Shown here: piece by piece, positions 13,127-25,509 of the stretch | Position numbering within the stretch: the stretch's first letter is position 1 | Layout: each line of letters begins with the position of its first letter | Assembly (NCBI GenBank): GCA_003427395.1 | Contig: BFEA01000027.1 | Span: 5,399,364 to 5,463,363 of the forward strand | Source of the DNA: Chara braunii | Taxonomy: Eukaryota > Plantae > Charophyceae | Reading direction: 5' to 3' | DNA length: 64,000 nt | Position numbers and translations under genes: made by a program | The notes under the pieces: generated by a model | The model's database searches: none | Told to the model about the DNA's origin: nothing | What the model saw: the letters and a program-made list of their open reading frames with translations, nothing else

Positions 13127-14353
13127 TCATGTTTCCTCATCGCTTTCCCTGGTTTCACTGCCTTCATCTGCATGTTTCTCTGTACTGGCTGCTCCAGGAA
13201 ATGCAACTTCCTCCTCTCCGTTGGAGCCAAATGCGACCATAGTACGTTGCTCGATGATAACGAGGATGATTTGCATCTTCGGCCCTTCATATGGTACGTC
13301 CTCCTCATGGCAGATCCGCCTCAGTTCACTCATGTTCAGTAAACCAGGCTCCCGAATATTATCCATGACATATTTAAGTCTGCCTCATAATCCAAGAGGA
13401 GTTGAAATCTTGTTCTTCCTTGAAGGACTTTTACACAACGTCTTTCCCTGGAGGGACCTCTTCATAGGTGGATGTCTACAACTTAGATGCAGACGTCTCT
13501 TGGTGGTACGTTTGGCTGGGGTTTCCATCGGGGGGCTATCGCCCACCGGTGCTTCCGCTCCCCTCTTTCGCTTCTCGATAATGACGAGCTGCTCCGTTTT
13601 CCTGTGGGCTTCAATTTCACTGTCCTCCGCTTCATGCGATGCTTCTCTTGACGAGTATTTGTCCATCTTTTTCTTGCCCTTATCTGCCGCTCTCCTATGG
13701 TGGTACTTGTGCTGCCATTCCTCGCGTAACTCTCCCATGTGCAGAGAAATTTGCATCTTCATCTCCTTCTTGGATCGCTTTTGCTCTTCTTCTTCCTTAC
13801 GTAGTTTCTCCTCCTTCCTGTTGATTCTTCGTTCCTTCGCTAATCTCGCGTTCTCCTCGGCAAGGCGCTCCTCCTACTCCCGTTTCATCCGCTCGACTTC
13901 CTCTTATTTCCGCTTAGCTTTCTCCTCTTTCTTCGCATTCTCATTATCAAACTGTTCTTTCATCGCCGCCACTGAGCCTTCGAGCACCTCAATCTGCTGT
14001 TGTAAATTTGGATCTTTGGATGTTGAGCGTTGCTCGTGTACATGCCTTTGCAATCATGGCGATAGAGATCAACCATGTTGGACTCCCAGTCTTGAACTTA
14101 CTTCCCCAACGAGTCTGGGACATTGGTTCCGATAGTGCCCAGGCTCGCGGCACTCGTAATACGTAGGTACGAAACGCCGTGGAGCTTCCCTACTCCTCTC
14201 ATATTCGTTAGAGCTCCCTAGGTCGACTGATCGCTCACACCGATACTCCCGACTTCGTTCTCTAACTCCATCAACGTTACCTTCGTCGTGACGATCACCA
14301 TGACGATCACGGTAGTCGTCACACCGTGAGCCCCGACATCCAAAGCCCGCCAT
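13127..14353 (-). pseudogene. PLE-1 ORF1 pseudogene: CCHC zinc knuckle, charged coiled coil, SAP-like motif
   Basis: YYECREPGHYRNQC (CX2CX4HX4C with the first C mutated), E/K/R-rich helical segment at ~13700-14000, and LNMSELRRICHEEDVPYEGPKMQII resembling the SAP consensus. Confidence 0.6.
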
Positions 14354-14781
14354 GGGCTCGGGGCAACTATCGCCCCCTCAATGACTAAATCACTCAATAA
14401 AATTAACATTAGTAGCCACTACGCTCCAGTCTAATACTTTTCTGGTCATAATTATTTCTTCCAAACATTCCAACGTCATCCTTCATGTTCCAATCCTTAA
14501 CATTCACGTCATCAACGGGTGTCTGAAATCTGAATCCTTGCCATGTCCATATACAAAGAAAAGACATGCTTACACACACTCAGCCTACATTTCCGAGTGG
14601 GCTCATACGAGCATTCAACAGGTTATCTGTACATAAGGTGAGATACATGCGAAGCATACATCCATAAGTACGTAAGTACACTCTGAGTAGACGCTGCAAA
14701 AGAGTACATGAAGTACACTCTGAGTACACACTACGGTAAGAGTACATGATACAATGATTGCGCAAGTCGGTGGGTATGGCA

Positions 14782-14825
14782 CCCCGACCGATTTCGACCG
14801 CTGCCACACGGTCTTCCTCAGGGGG
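14782..14825 (-). ncRNA. Minimal type I hammerhead ribozyme
   Basis: Minus strand CCCC-CTGAGGA-A-GACCG-tgtggcag-CGGTC-GAAA-TCG-GTC-GGGG: core CUGANGA and GAAA, 5-bp stem II, CCCC/GGGG stem I, GUC cleavage triplet. Confidence 0.8.
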
Positions 14826-17386
14826 AAGTTGGCCTCTCTTCAACCCTTAACAACACCTTCGTTCCACTATCCCTCCTTCGTCGTCGACCCTATCGACATC
14901 TCCGGAAACGTTCGCGGGTCAGATGGTGTAGGATCCAGAAAGACATGTGGCTACACAATCATTACAAATATAGTCATACTTCTTAAAAATTCACGTACCT
15001 AACCTAGTTACTAGTCAGACAAAAAACCTGTAAGTATTAAATCATGTGTTCGATTCCTAGTAATCCAGAAAGCACGAGAGGTACATTCCGTATAGAAAAC
15101 TGAAAAAACGATACCGTACAAAAAAAAATAATAGGTCCAAAAACAGAAACTCAATGACGTACGAAAAGTTTAGCGATCCTACGGTAGTCGGGTTCGAATT
15201 TTATGAAGTAATTCTAAAAAATGAACAAACAAGCAAAATAAAACAAAACCAACAATGTCAACATCAAATCAGAAAGCAGTCAGGCTTAAACCCCACTGCG
15301 AAAAATGAAGCTCTGTCACCATATCACATCATTACGGTTTCAGTCACAATAGGTTACAAATCCTACAACATACACAAAAAAGTAAAAATAAAACAACAGA
15401 ATCTCATGCGGAGCAAAACCATCAATGTTCCGATCACGTTCTCTACACAAAATGTTAGAAACTTCTGCGGAAACTGAAGCCACGTCACCATATCACAATT
15501 TCTTTTTTAATTTATAGTTCAACTTAAAACTGTTGCGCCATATATATAATTTTAATATATAGTTTTACCGTTTGTTATTTCTTTATCTTTTCTTTTCTCA
15601 TTGGTTTGGTTTATGGTTAATGCTTAACCGTCACTGGCGATTGTCTATGAGTTATAAACCGTAATTATACCTCACAAAGTCGTAGGCGTTATTCTATATA
15701 TGTCGGTTCAATTCCTTTGATAATAGTTGTTTATCAATAATTTGCAATTCTTTATGACGTTTGAAGTTTTCTCGATCTACAATTATAATTATCCAGATTT
15801 GCATCGAATGTGAAGATTTAAAATATTTATCTAACAAATCATTTCGCCAAATAGTATATACATCATAAACCTTATGAGGCCCGTTCTAATTATCTCAAAA
15901 TTATCTAACTTATCGTTTAATTCCTTAACCACAATTTTTTCAAGTTAATAAACATGCAGTCGCAGTTCGTGTGAGGCGAAGTTAGTAAGGAAAAAAAAAA
16001 ACAAAAGTTCGAAAAAAAAAACGGTCGAACCGAAAGACATAGGAAAATAAACAACGAAATAAGTATAAAAAATAAATCATAAAAACTATAAAAATCAAAC
16101 TGAATTTTATATCAAATTCATTATCAAGGGAAAACAAATCTGGTAATAATTATTATAAAATTAACAGTGTGAAATAAAAATAAGTCAAAACAAAAAACAC
16201 ATGATACAAAATAAAGGGAATAGGTTGAAACTCGAATTGCATAAAATATAAAAATAAATTTTGATTTTATGTGTGATGTATTTTAAAGGGGAGAAATTAA
16301 AAATTGCAAATAGATCAATGCACCGAAATATAAGGTGAAAATCTAAAAGGGATTGAAATTATAAATGAGAAGTAATATTCTTAATACCGGATAAGTTATA
16401 TAAAAGAACAAAGACAAATTGTGAAGTTGCTACGAAAAAAAAAAAGTGATTCAAAGTAAATTGCAGACGATTGAATGCTGCAACTGACAAGAGATCATGC
16501 TACAATTGCGATTGAAGTTTAATTATTGAAAACTTTTTAGGTACACAACAAAATGAAATATATTTTATTCCGATTTTTGTCGAGAAAACGAGAGTTCATA
16601 CATTGCTTAAATTTCTTAAAGTATTCAATTATTATAAAGGTTTAATTCATCGACATTCTCTTTAAGTGAAACTATTAAGACTCTTCTGTTGCAGAAACTC
16701 AAAATTATGCATAATACAAAATAAGAATTGCAAAAGTGAAAAAACGAATGACTCAAATGTAATAGTAAGAAAATAAAATATGAAGTACAACAATAACTAT
16801 GAACACGTATCGGAGGAAGGAGACAAATGTTTAACAAGTCAGAGACTAATAATGATGATTGCGAAATCAAACCCTGCTAAGATTAATGATTAAAAAATAA
16901 TTATAAAACAATAACACGTCGATATGTTTATAGAAAAAAATTATATTACATATTTATGATGGGTTGAGGACATAATATATTGTAAACTAATCTGAACAAC
17001 TGAATATTATAACAAAAAAACTATCTCAGGTTTTAATGTAAGACAAAAAATAAGAAATTAGCGAACAATCTAATTATACTAACTACGATCTGCAAGAAAG
17101 AGAGAAGGACATTTAAGCAAACAAATAGTACTAAATAACAAGTATTATCATAATATCTATTCGAATTCTATATATATATCTATTCTAATTCTATCTATAT
17201 CTATTATAAAATTATTGATTTATATTATATTATCAATTCTACTTATATATATAAGTATCTAATATATAGATTATGATATGTATCTACTATGTCTCTATTA
17301 TCAAATCATTATATTTCTCTAATTTATAGTATGCATTATTCCTTATAAACTGATCCAATTTATATAGAATCTTTAATTTATGATAC

Positions 17387-17452
17387 TTGTTCATTTTATT
17401 GGTATAGATAATGTTGAAGCTTCAACATTATCTATATCAATAAAATGAACAA
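17387..17452. repeat. 66-bp near-perfect palindrome centred on aagctt
   Basis: ttgttcattttattggtatagataatgttgaag / cttcaacattatctatatcaataaaatgaacaa; one mismatch, no spacer. Confidence 0.9.
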
Positions 17453-18375
17453 ATTAGTGAGGAAATATTTTTTTTTTCTTGTATTTATTTAAATAGAAAA
17501 CTGAAGTTCATTTCATTAAAAAAATAAGAATAAAATATAATGTAAAACATATAAATAATAGAAAATGATTAATAAAAAGAATCACTAGAGGCTAAAATGG
17601 TTCGGATAAAAAAACATAGCTCTTCAATTGTGACTCATGAAGAGACTCTAGTGGGTGTCATACAGGAACTAGTTGAGAGAGTTAATACTACGAAAGGAGC
17701 AGATAATATATAAAAAATATTGACGGATCAAAACGATAAAAAATAAAAAGTGTCAAAATACAAGGATATGATAAAAATATGATAGACAAGGAGATTGAAG
17801 ATAACAGAAACGTTATCGTATTCTACAAGATATTGATAACAAGTGTGTTAATGTAAAAAATAAGAGAAAAATTAATTTATATGTAAGATTTTTCATGATT
17901 AAAAATCATATGAAACAAAAATTTTAAAATTAGTTTTTATATTAACGATGGGGCACAAGTTACAAACCCATCTTTGTTAGTCGGAGACGTGCAATGTAAA
18001 AGAACAAAATGTTGTTACTTAAACAATCTACAAATTAAAATTTGTGATTTTACAATTGAATAATATACCAAACGTATCGCTGTAAGAGAAAATATTAAGC
18101 ATGCAAGTATAGTCTTACCAAGGCTAATGCCCTATATCATCATATTTTTCATTCAAAATTTGTTGTACAACAGGATCAACAATCTAATTTTAATGCAACC
18201 AATGACAACAACCTTATAATTAAGATATACAACGATATATAATTTTGAACACTTTTGACATAACATTATTAGAAGATGAAAGTTGCTTACATATTTATTC
18301 AGTAAAAGATTCGTTGCATCTCTTTATATAAAGAAACCCTACCCCACAAAAGTCAAACTGAAGTGTCATTTTTTT

Positions 18376-18915
18376 TGCCTTATTAGAAAAAGGACAATGA
18401 TTGTTAATAGTTTTAGTTGTTATCCCTGTTTTAATGGGTTTAATTCAGATATGTTTTTTTTTCTTCGACTTTGAATTTCGAACTTGCTTTCAGGGTTTAT
18501 TTGGTCCTTACCCTATGTCTCACTATGTCGGCAAACTGCTTCTAAGCTGGAGTAACTGCGGCTTAGAGAGTGGACCCCGATTTTGTGGACTGTTTTCAGT
18601 GGTAGGAATTTAGATCGAGGTTTATTTAGACTTTCGTAGTGTTTTGTTTGCCTTATTAGAAAAAGGCGAATGACTGTTTATATTTTTAGTTGCTATCCCT
18701 ATTTCAATTGGTCATATATGTTTTATTTTCTTCGACTTCGAGTTTCAAACCTGTTTTCAGGGTTTGTTTGGTCCTGACCCTGTGTCCCACTCTGTCGGCA
18801 AACTGCTTCTAAGATGGAATAAATGCGGTTTAAAAAGTAGACCCTGATTTTATGGGCTCTTTTCCGCGGTAGAAATTTTGATCGAGGCTTGTTTAGTTTT
18901 TTGTAGTGTTTTGTG
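18376..18915 (+). repeat. Tandem duplication of a ~270-bp unit
   Basis: Both units begin ttgccttattagaaaaagg and share ttcttcgactt, tcagggttt, tgtcggcaaactgcttctaag and gatcgagg. Confidence 0.85.
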
Positions 18916-19140
18916 GTTTGCATACGGTGGTGAACCACTAAGTAGGTTGCGTTTTGTCTTTTACATGTCTCAGTATGTGTTTTAGATGATTGTCCGTTTG
19001 AGTTTCGATATATAAGCAAGCAAGGTGTAGTTGTTAGTCTTCAAGACCAATATTCTGGAACCACGTTTGAAATCTAAAAGCCAACTATGGGGAAGGAACA
19101 AGAGAGGATTGTTGAGAAGTTTGACTAGTGCGGATTAAAA

Positions 19141-19197
19141 GGTGAGAACCCCCTGATGAGGACGGCCTAACAGTTGTTGAAACACATCGGGGACACC
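19141..19197 (+). ncRNA. Decayed minimal hammerhead ribozyme
   Basis: GGTG..CCCC-CTGATGA-G-GACGGC-ctaaca-GTTGTT-GAAA-CAC-ATC-GGGG-a-CACC. Deviations from an ideal GTCGTC-GAAACGCGTC are all CpG-type transitions. Confidence 0.65.
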
Positions 19198-20366
19198 ATG
19201 TTCAGAGCTTTACTTTTCCTGTCTGCAATGAACAAGTGCGGTTTGACTTTGCTTTTAAAGTCTTGTGTGATTTTTAATTTATGATGTTTTCCGCGCACGT
19301 TAACTTACTTTGAGTCACTTCGCCAAACAAAGTGAGCATGATTTACTAAGGACAAGGTTACTATCGAGTGAAGACTGCTAACGGAGTCTACATTGCACTG
19401 TATTGAGACCAAGAGTACAAGCGTATCGAGGCAGTAAGGGTATTGTTAACCTATTTGGAAGATGTCGAGTCACGAGTGAAGTTTTCCCGTCGTAGAAACC
19501 ACTGTCAAAGATTCCAAAAAGAAATCGAAATTTTTTTCTCCCCTGCAAAACAAATTATAAAAAACAGAACACATGCAAAATCTCAACAAAACTTTTTATA
19601 ATAAGTGTCACGAATAATTCTTCTACTACATCAGAATTAAAAAAAAAAAAAAAAAAAAACACTATCCCACCAACAATATCTAAGTTTGACCTTAATGAGT
19701 TTCATATATAGGGTTAAATTGACAATGTCGAAAGCGAGAAATACTAACATAAGGAAAAACCATCAACCAACAAAAAATATCTTAACAAATAAATCAACTC
19801 ACTCCCTAGAATATAAGCCAGGCCGCCCAAATCACCCTGTGTTCCCGGGCGGCCCGGTTGTGGAAGGACCAGTGAAGGTAAAAAAAAATAAAAAATAACA
19901 ATCATAAATAATTTTATGTTATGCTAAAAATTAATATGAACACCTTCTGCGTTTGGGTCACCTCGACATTGTTCACTAAATTACTAGGTTGTTTTTCCGG
20001 GCACCCGAGCACCCAACTTGTGCGCGGATACACGCCCGAGTGTGCGGGCGGGCATCCCTGGGCAAGGTTCCAAGCAGCCCCAGCGGCCCCCCCCAAAAAA
20101 AAGAAAAACGAAAGTAAAAAACTTCTAGAAAAAACAATATGTTGTGTAGAATTGCAATACAAACAACTTCTGGTTGAGGGTCACGTCAAAATTTCTCATA
20201 GAATCGGAGATAAAAAAAAAAAAAAAAAATTACACTAAAGGATCCCCCTTCAACCTCTCTTAGTCCTTTTAAAAACAATGTATACCCCCTCTTTCCCCCC
20301 CTTGATAACCAACTTAAAAAAAAATGAAACGAACCCGGATTTGAAATCCTCTGGGAGAACGCAAAA

Positions 20367-20400
<34 letters not shown>

Positions 20401-21017
20401 CCTCTCGGTGTCGAGGCAAGGGTATTTGTCGGGGATTTTAAACCGCCAGTATCCTGGGAGGAGGCTCCCCGAATTAGTCCACAACTAGTTTCTGAAGCTG
20501 GTCGAGAAAATTGCACTTTCCAAATAATGCCACAGGGGGAGGGTATAAAATTTGAAGATGCGGCAGCCTTGGTCTCTTTTCTCCCACAAAGGTTGAAATC
20601 GCTGCTGAGGGACTGCGCGATTTCATGGTAAGTAACGAGCGCCAACCCCTTTGGCAGCGTGTTTTTTTCGTTTTTCTTTTTCCTTATAATTCATTTTTTT
20701 TTCCCATGTTTTTTTTTTTTTTTTTTTAGTTTTTGTTGGATGATGAGTCCCAAGGCGAACATGGGACAACAAGCGGAGGTCGCCCAGCGGCGTCGCTACC
20801 GGTCGCAGGGTGGGCGTCCCCTACAGCCATCGGAGCATTCAGTAGCGATGTCTCTCTCTCTCTCTTCGTGTGTGTGTGTGTATGTGCGTTGAGCGCTGGG
20901 AGAATTTGCGCACTAGGAATGGGAGATCGGTTTCGCGGACAGAGTCGGGTTGAGTTGTCTTCGGTATGACATTCGACATACGGCGCATTTCGTGCATGTT
21001 TTCCCCCGACCTCCATG

Positions 21018-21040
21018 CGCGTGTGTATATATGTGTGTAT

Positions 21041-21093
<53 letters not shown>

Positions 21094-21125
21094 TGTGTGT
21101 GTGGAGAAAGAGAGAGAGAGAGAGA
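21018..21125. repeat. (GT)n/(GA)n compound microsatellite
   Basis: Directly visible. Confidence 0.95.
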
Positions 21126-21664
21126 CAGTCGAAGCGTTGGGCGCTGGGTGTTCCGTTCGGAAGCGATCTCTGTCTCTCTCTCTCGACAGTCTCTCCCCTC
21201 TCTCTCTCAGGATATCGTTCATGGTTGCGGCGCCTGTTAGGCCACAGGCAGGAGAGATGGCTTGCTCCTACTATTCAATGGCCTGCTCTTTACTATTCTC
21301 GTAGTAAGAGCTAGCCCATAATGTATCATACTGAACTTTCACCCAACATGCGCTGGCATTGATCCCGACAATATGCATTTGGGCTCCTTTTGGGAGCTGC
21401 CCTTTCATAACCAAGTGGCGCGGTCGATCTCGACCTCTCGATTGAGAAGATCGCGCGACCGAGGTCGGGCACGCGGGGATGAGGCATGGAACCTGAGCAA
21501 GGATGACAATATAAATCGAAAATGCCCCAAATTGTTTTTTTATCCTAGTAGGGATAAAACCCAGGTCCGTCATGGGGGTGTCTGCAATGTTACCGCTGGC
21601 ATCAACCATTGACATTAAAAGGAAAATAATAGTAATAAAAACAAAGAACTAAAAACTAATCAAA

Positions 21665-21830
21665 TTTGAAGCGCCACTTAGCGCTGTTAGAAGTGATTGG
21701 GCCACTTCAATCCCCAGTGCACTTGACAGAGCCGTNAGACGAGTGACCGTTTTTAGAAAAGTTTCTATTTGGCTTTTTTTTTTTNGATTTTATTTAAGTT
21801 TTTTTTTTAGATTTNTTTTAAATTTNTTNN

Positions 21831-21861
<31 letters not shown>

Positions 21862-21895
21862 NTGAGGTACCCGTTCGTTTAACGAACGGGCTGGG
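21665..21895 (-). repeat. Dispersed repeat homologous (inverted) to a segment inside the LTRs (~46850-47000)
   Basis: gaagtgattgggccacttcaatccccagtgcacttga matches the reverse complement of tcaagtgcactggggacttaagtggcccagtcacttc. It also carries the palindrome cccgttcgtttaacgaacggg. Confidence 0.6.
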
Positions 21896-22720
21896 ATTTT
21901 TAGTAGGATGAGCAAAATCAGAATGAACCTTCTACTGATGTATAAAAATATACACTGCAACGCATTCTTCAGTTCTCGACTTATTTTTGCAGAGGGAAGG
22001 GCGTCGTTTTAGGCAACAGACGCCCCTTCACTACTCTTGACAAGGACAAACGCCAAAAATTATGATGGTGTATCTTTCCATATTCTAGTTGAAGGTGCAT
22101 GGGGAGGTAACACATCAGGTACGTGTGCGTGAGAGAGCGTCCCTTGTTGAGAGAGCGTCATTGCCAAGCATGGGTGTGCGTGAGAGAGCGTACCTTGTTG
22201 AGTTAGACTCTGGTTCGGCTATGTGAAATGACTTAGGTAGGGGTAGCCGTTGAAATGGCAAGCTACCCTTGTAGGGAAAAAAAAAAAAAAAAAAAAAGGT
22301 AAAAAGCAAAAAACGGCCACACATGTGGTCACGGTAATGGTCGGGAGGGCTCTCGCCCTTCCGCAGAAGAAGGAGGGAGCGAATGTGCTCGACACTGGGT
22401 ACCCCTGGCATCAGACCCCCAAGCGTCACGCCCGAGGTCCCGGCCGTGTAGGCCCGACCGGGCATTAAAATTTTCATAGTTAAATTATTTATTCATTGAT
22501 CTATTTGTTTTTTTCTCGATCGGGAAGTGCTCGTGAACCACTTCGGTAGCCTGGCCAACTAGATAAAATGGAGGAAAATAAATTGTTAGACACGTAGAAC
22601 GACGTTAGACCAACCTATCTAAATCACATCAAAGATTGAATAGTTCGCCTAACACGGCTCACTCGACGATAAGCAGTAATCGTTTTTCACTTATAGAGGA
22701 ATCCACATCTCATTTGTATG

Positions 22721-23225
22721 TCGAAACTCTTTCAACTTCTGATTTGACTCGTTATGCGTTTTCAAATATATATGTCATGTACAATATTGTTTTTTCCTCC
22801 TCCGCTAAAGCATACTCAAAACATTTGGTGTATACAACAATTTTGCTTATGATGTCCCTCTGTGTAAAATTGTTTGATCAAAGAAAGGCACTAGAAAACA
22901 ACACTCCATCACTTGTTTTTCAAAGTGATCGCTTCGCGCGTTTTCATAATCCCAAGATTTATGTTTTACGCGAGCAATGCAGGCTTTTAGAGTCTGGACA
23001 AGGAAGAAAGAAAAATCAGAATGCATGAATTCGTTCTATTTGGCATTTTACTATTCAGTGTGCTAAGTTTTATGACTATCTCGATATCGAAACTTTTTCA
23101 ACTTCTCACTTTACTCATAATGTGTTTCCAAATATATTTGTCATGTAAAATATTGTTTCTACCTCTTCCGCTAAAGCATATTGAAAACGTTTGGAATATA
23201 AAACGATTTTGCTTATGATCTCTCT
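22721..23225 (+). repeat. Two diverged ~140-bp direct repeats (22721-22860, 23087-23225)
   Basis: Shared tcgaaact..ttcaacttct, tgtcatgta.aatattgttt, tccgctaaagcata and ttttgcttatgat. Confidence 0.75.
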
Positions 23226-25509
23226 TTCTCCCCGCCTCCGTCCCTACCCCGCATGTTTTTGTTTTTGGATGTGTTTTTTCTTGGTTTTGTTTTCATATTT
23301 GTTTCTTTCGTTTCTCTTTTTTTTTCCCTTTTGACTGTCACATGTCAGGAAAGGTGGCGCCCGACCTTCAAGCACCAACCGGGCCTTCCCTTGGCCTACA
23401 CCCACCGGTATCGCTGCGTTAACGGGGCAGGCCGACGGCCGATGTATGGGCGAAGTATTGGCCGGGGTTAAGCGACCGCCCTCTTATTAGGGCACACTCA
23501 CACTGAGGTACCAAATCCACATAATCCCCCAAATCCTAGAAAATAGTGTCAAGGGATAGTCACGCCGAGATCTCACGTCCCCAAACTACTTATTCGTCAC
23601 TCCATTTATCAGCAGCCTGAGGGGCCACGGGGGTTGGGTCCTCTCACAAATTCTCATTCTTGTTTGGAATCAACGGAAAGAAATTAAAAGACAAAGATAT
23701 TGCCAGGACATGCGATCTCAGTGTTACTGGAACAGTCGAAGAGGACCCGAAATCCAGATGGCCGCAAGGTTCTGTAGCGCAATGGGGAAGCAGTGCGTTA
23801 TACCTCTTTGCTGATTGTCACTCGTTTCATTTCTCGCATTTTTTTCCTTCTCTTCCACACTTTCAAAAGTGGGCTGCGACGCTGTTAGGAAAAAAGGTAC
23901 CAACTGTCGAAAAAGCGTTGTAACCGGTTTTCAAAAGTGGGCTTCGACACTGTTAGAAGCTCTTGCACGGCTGCAGCGACAAAGCAATGTCTAAGGCTAC
24001 CTTGTTCCCCCGAACATAACACATATGCGTTGTATTCAAGTTTTCTATTCAAGTTTTCTGAAAGCTGCTACCTTTTTTTCAAATATAAGGGCACTTCTAA
24101 TACAACCCATATGCTTTGCATTCCTATAAGACGCATACCCATTCCAATATCAGAAATTACTTTTTTATTTTTTTTCCTTTCTTTTTGAGGTCAGCGCACA
24201 TGCATTCTCTCTCTCTCTCTCTCTCCGTGCTTGACCTGTGACCTCGGTCCAGACTGTGCGCAAAACCGGAGTGAATCTCTCAAAACAACATGAAAAGACA
24301 CCGCCATGATTTTTTCTTTTGTGCATGCCGAGAGTATAGAGCGAGGCCCCTGTGCTCTTATTGCTTGTCTGCCGTTGACTAACAAAAACAGCCAAGAAGG
24401 GGGCAGCGGGGGCAGCGGGAAGCCAGGGAGCAGCGGTAAGAATTGACGGACGCGCCCGACTATGCCCCGGCGTTGTAGTGTTTCATGTTCTACCGGAAGA
24501 TTCATTCTCATTTTGCATATGGTGAGGATGGATGGGAGTCCTCAAATGGCCAAAATGGGGATCAACCTTCGACCAGGACATGGAGAAATACAACTCATTT
24601 CAATTGCGCCTACTCAACCTGACCGGGCCACTTGCTGTCCAAGAAGTTGCACAGCCCTCCAATACAACGCATATGCAGATTAGACAAATAAAACGCAATG
24701 TGTGTTGTAGTCGTTTACAACGCATGTGCGTTGTATTGGAGGGAAGAATCTGGCCTACCTTGACAACAAATTCCACTCTAGCAAATGGCATGCATCATCC
24801 TGACAGCGCTCTATCAAATGACATCGACCATCCAGACAGTGTCGTAGCAAGCACTCCAAGTATTCCCTCAGGTCAGTGTAACTGTATTCCCTCGTGCAAA
24901 CGCTCTAGCTGTTGCTAATTGCTTCTGCAATCGTCCGCAGAGAGTTAGAGCGAGGCTACTTCCGTCGATGGAGGAGTCATACACACTAGCCAACCGGTGA
25001 GCTCGCAGCTTCCCAATCTGCGTTTTCCCCATCAGCCGTGCATGCACATTTAACAAACAAAGGCACATGCAAGGAAATGAGAAGGGGTGAGAGTTTTTCG
25101 ATGTCGAGTAGGATGACGAGTAAGTCATTACACGTTTATATACGTCGTAGGAAATGAAGGATAGGGAAACATCGACACTCTTTAGGAGCTAAGTGTTGGA
25201 TTGGTTGCTTCCGACGACTTAGTTGCATCACCATCTTACGCCACTTGCTTAGGTAATCGGAGACGTGAACAGGCGGAGGCCGAACGCTCTGCCAATGTCA
25301 TCGTTGACACTTGTTCCTCAATATTCAACGGTGTGATAGGAGAAACTATCACGGTACCATGAGTCCGGGCTGGTCCTCAATATTCACCGCTGTTCATACC
25401 CACTCGCAAGCTGATATGCCGGAAGTGGTGATGCTCTACCCCGTGTGGCAACGGGTTTATGGTCGGAAAGGACGGACGGCCAGTCAGCTTAGTAGTTCAA
25501 TCCGACTTT

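Larger units (their letters stand above)
10027..15496 (-). mobile_element. Decayed Penelope-like retroelement PLE-1 (hammerhead - ORF1 - GIY-YIG-like/RT); outer boundaries approximate
   Basis: PLE-type RT motifs, upstream GIY-YIG-like segment, hammerhead at 14782-14825, and diverged ~180-bp direct repeats at 10027-10215 and 15316-15496. Confidence 0.7.

Noticed and set aside
13221-14135. 304-aa plus-strand ORF
   Set aside because: Antisense shadow of the E/K/R-rich PLE ORF1; S/F/L-rich with no recognisable domain.
15500-18350. AT-rich block with faint RNase H-like peptide traces near 17940-18200
   Set aside because: Too decayed to assign a family by eye.
20400-21615. Possible exons (ORF ending at gtaagt near 20628; ORFs at 21271-21615)
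   Set aside because: No recognisable protein similarity and no consistent multi-exon model.
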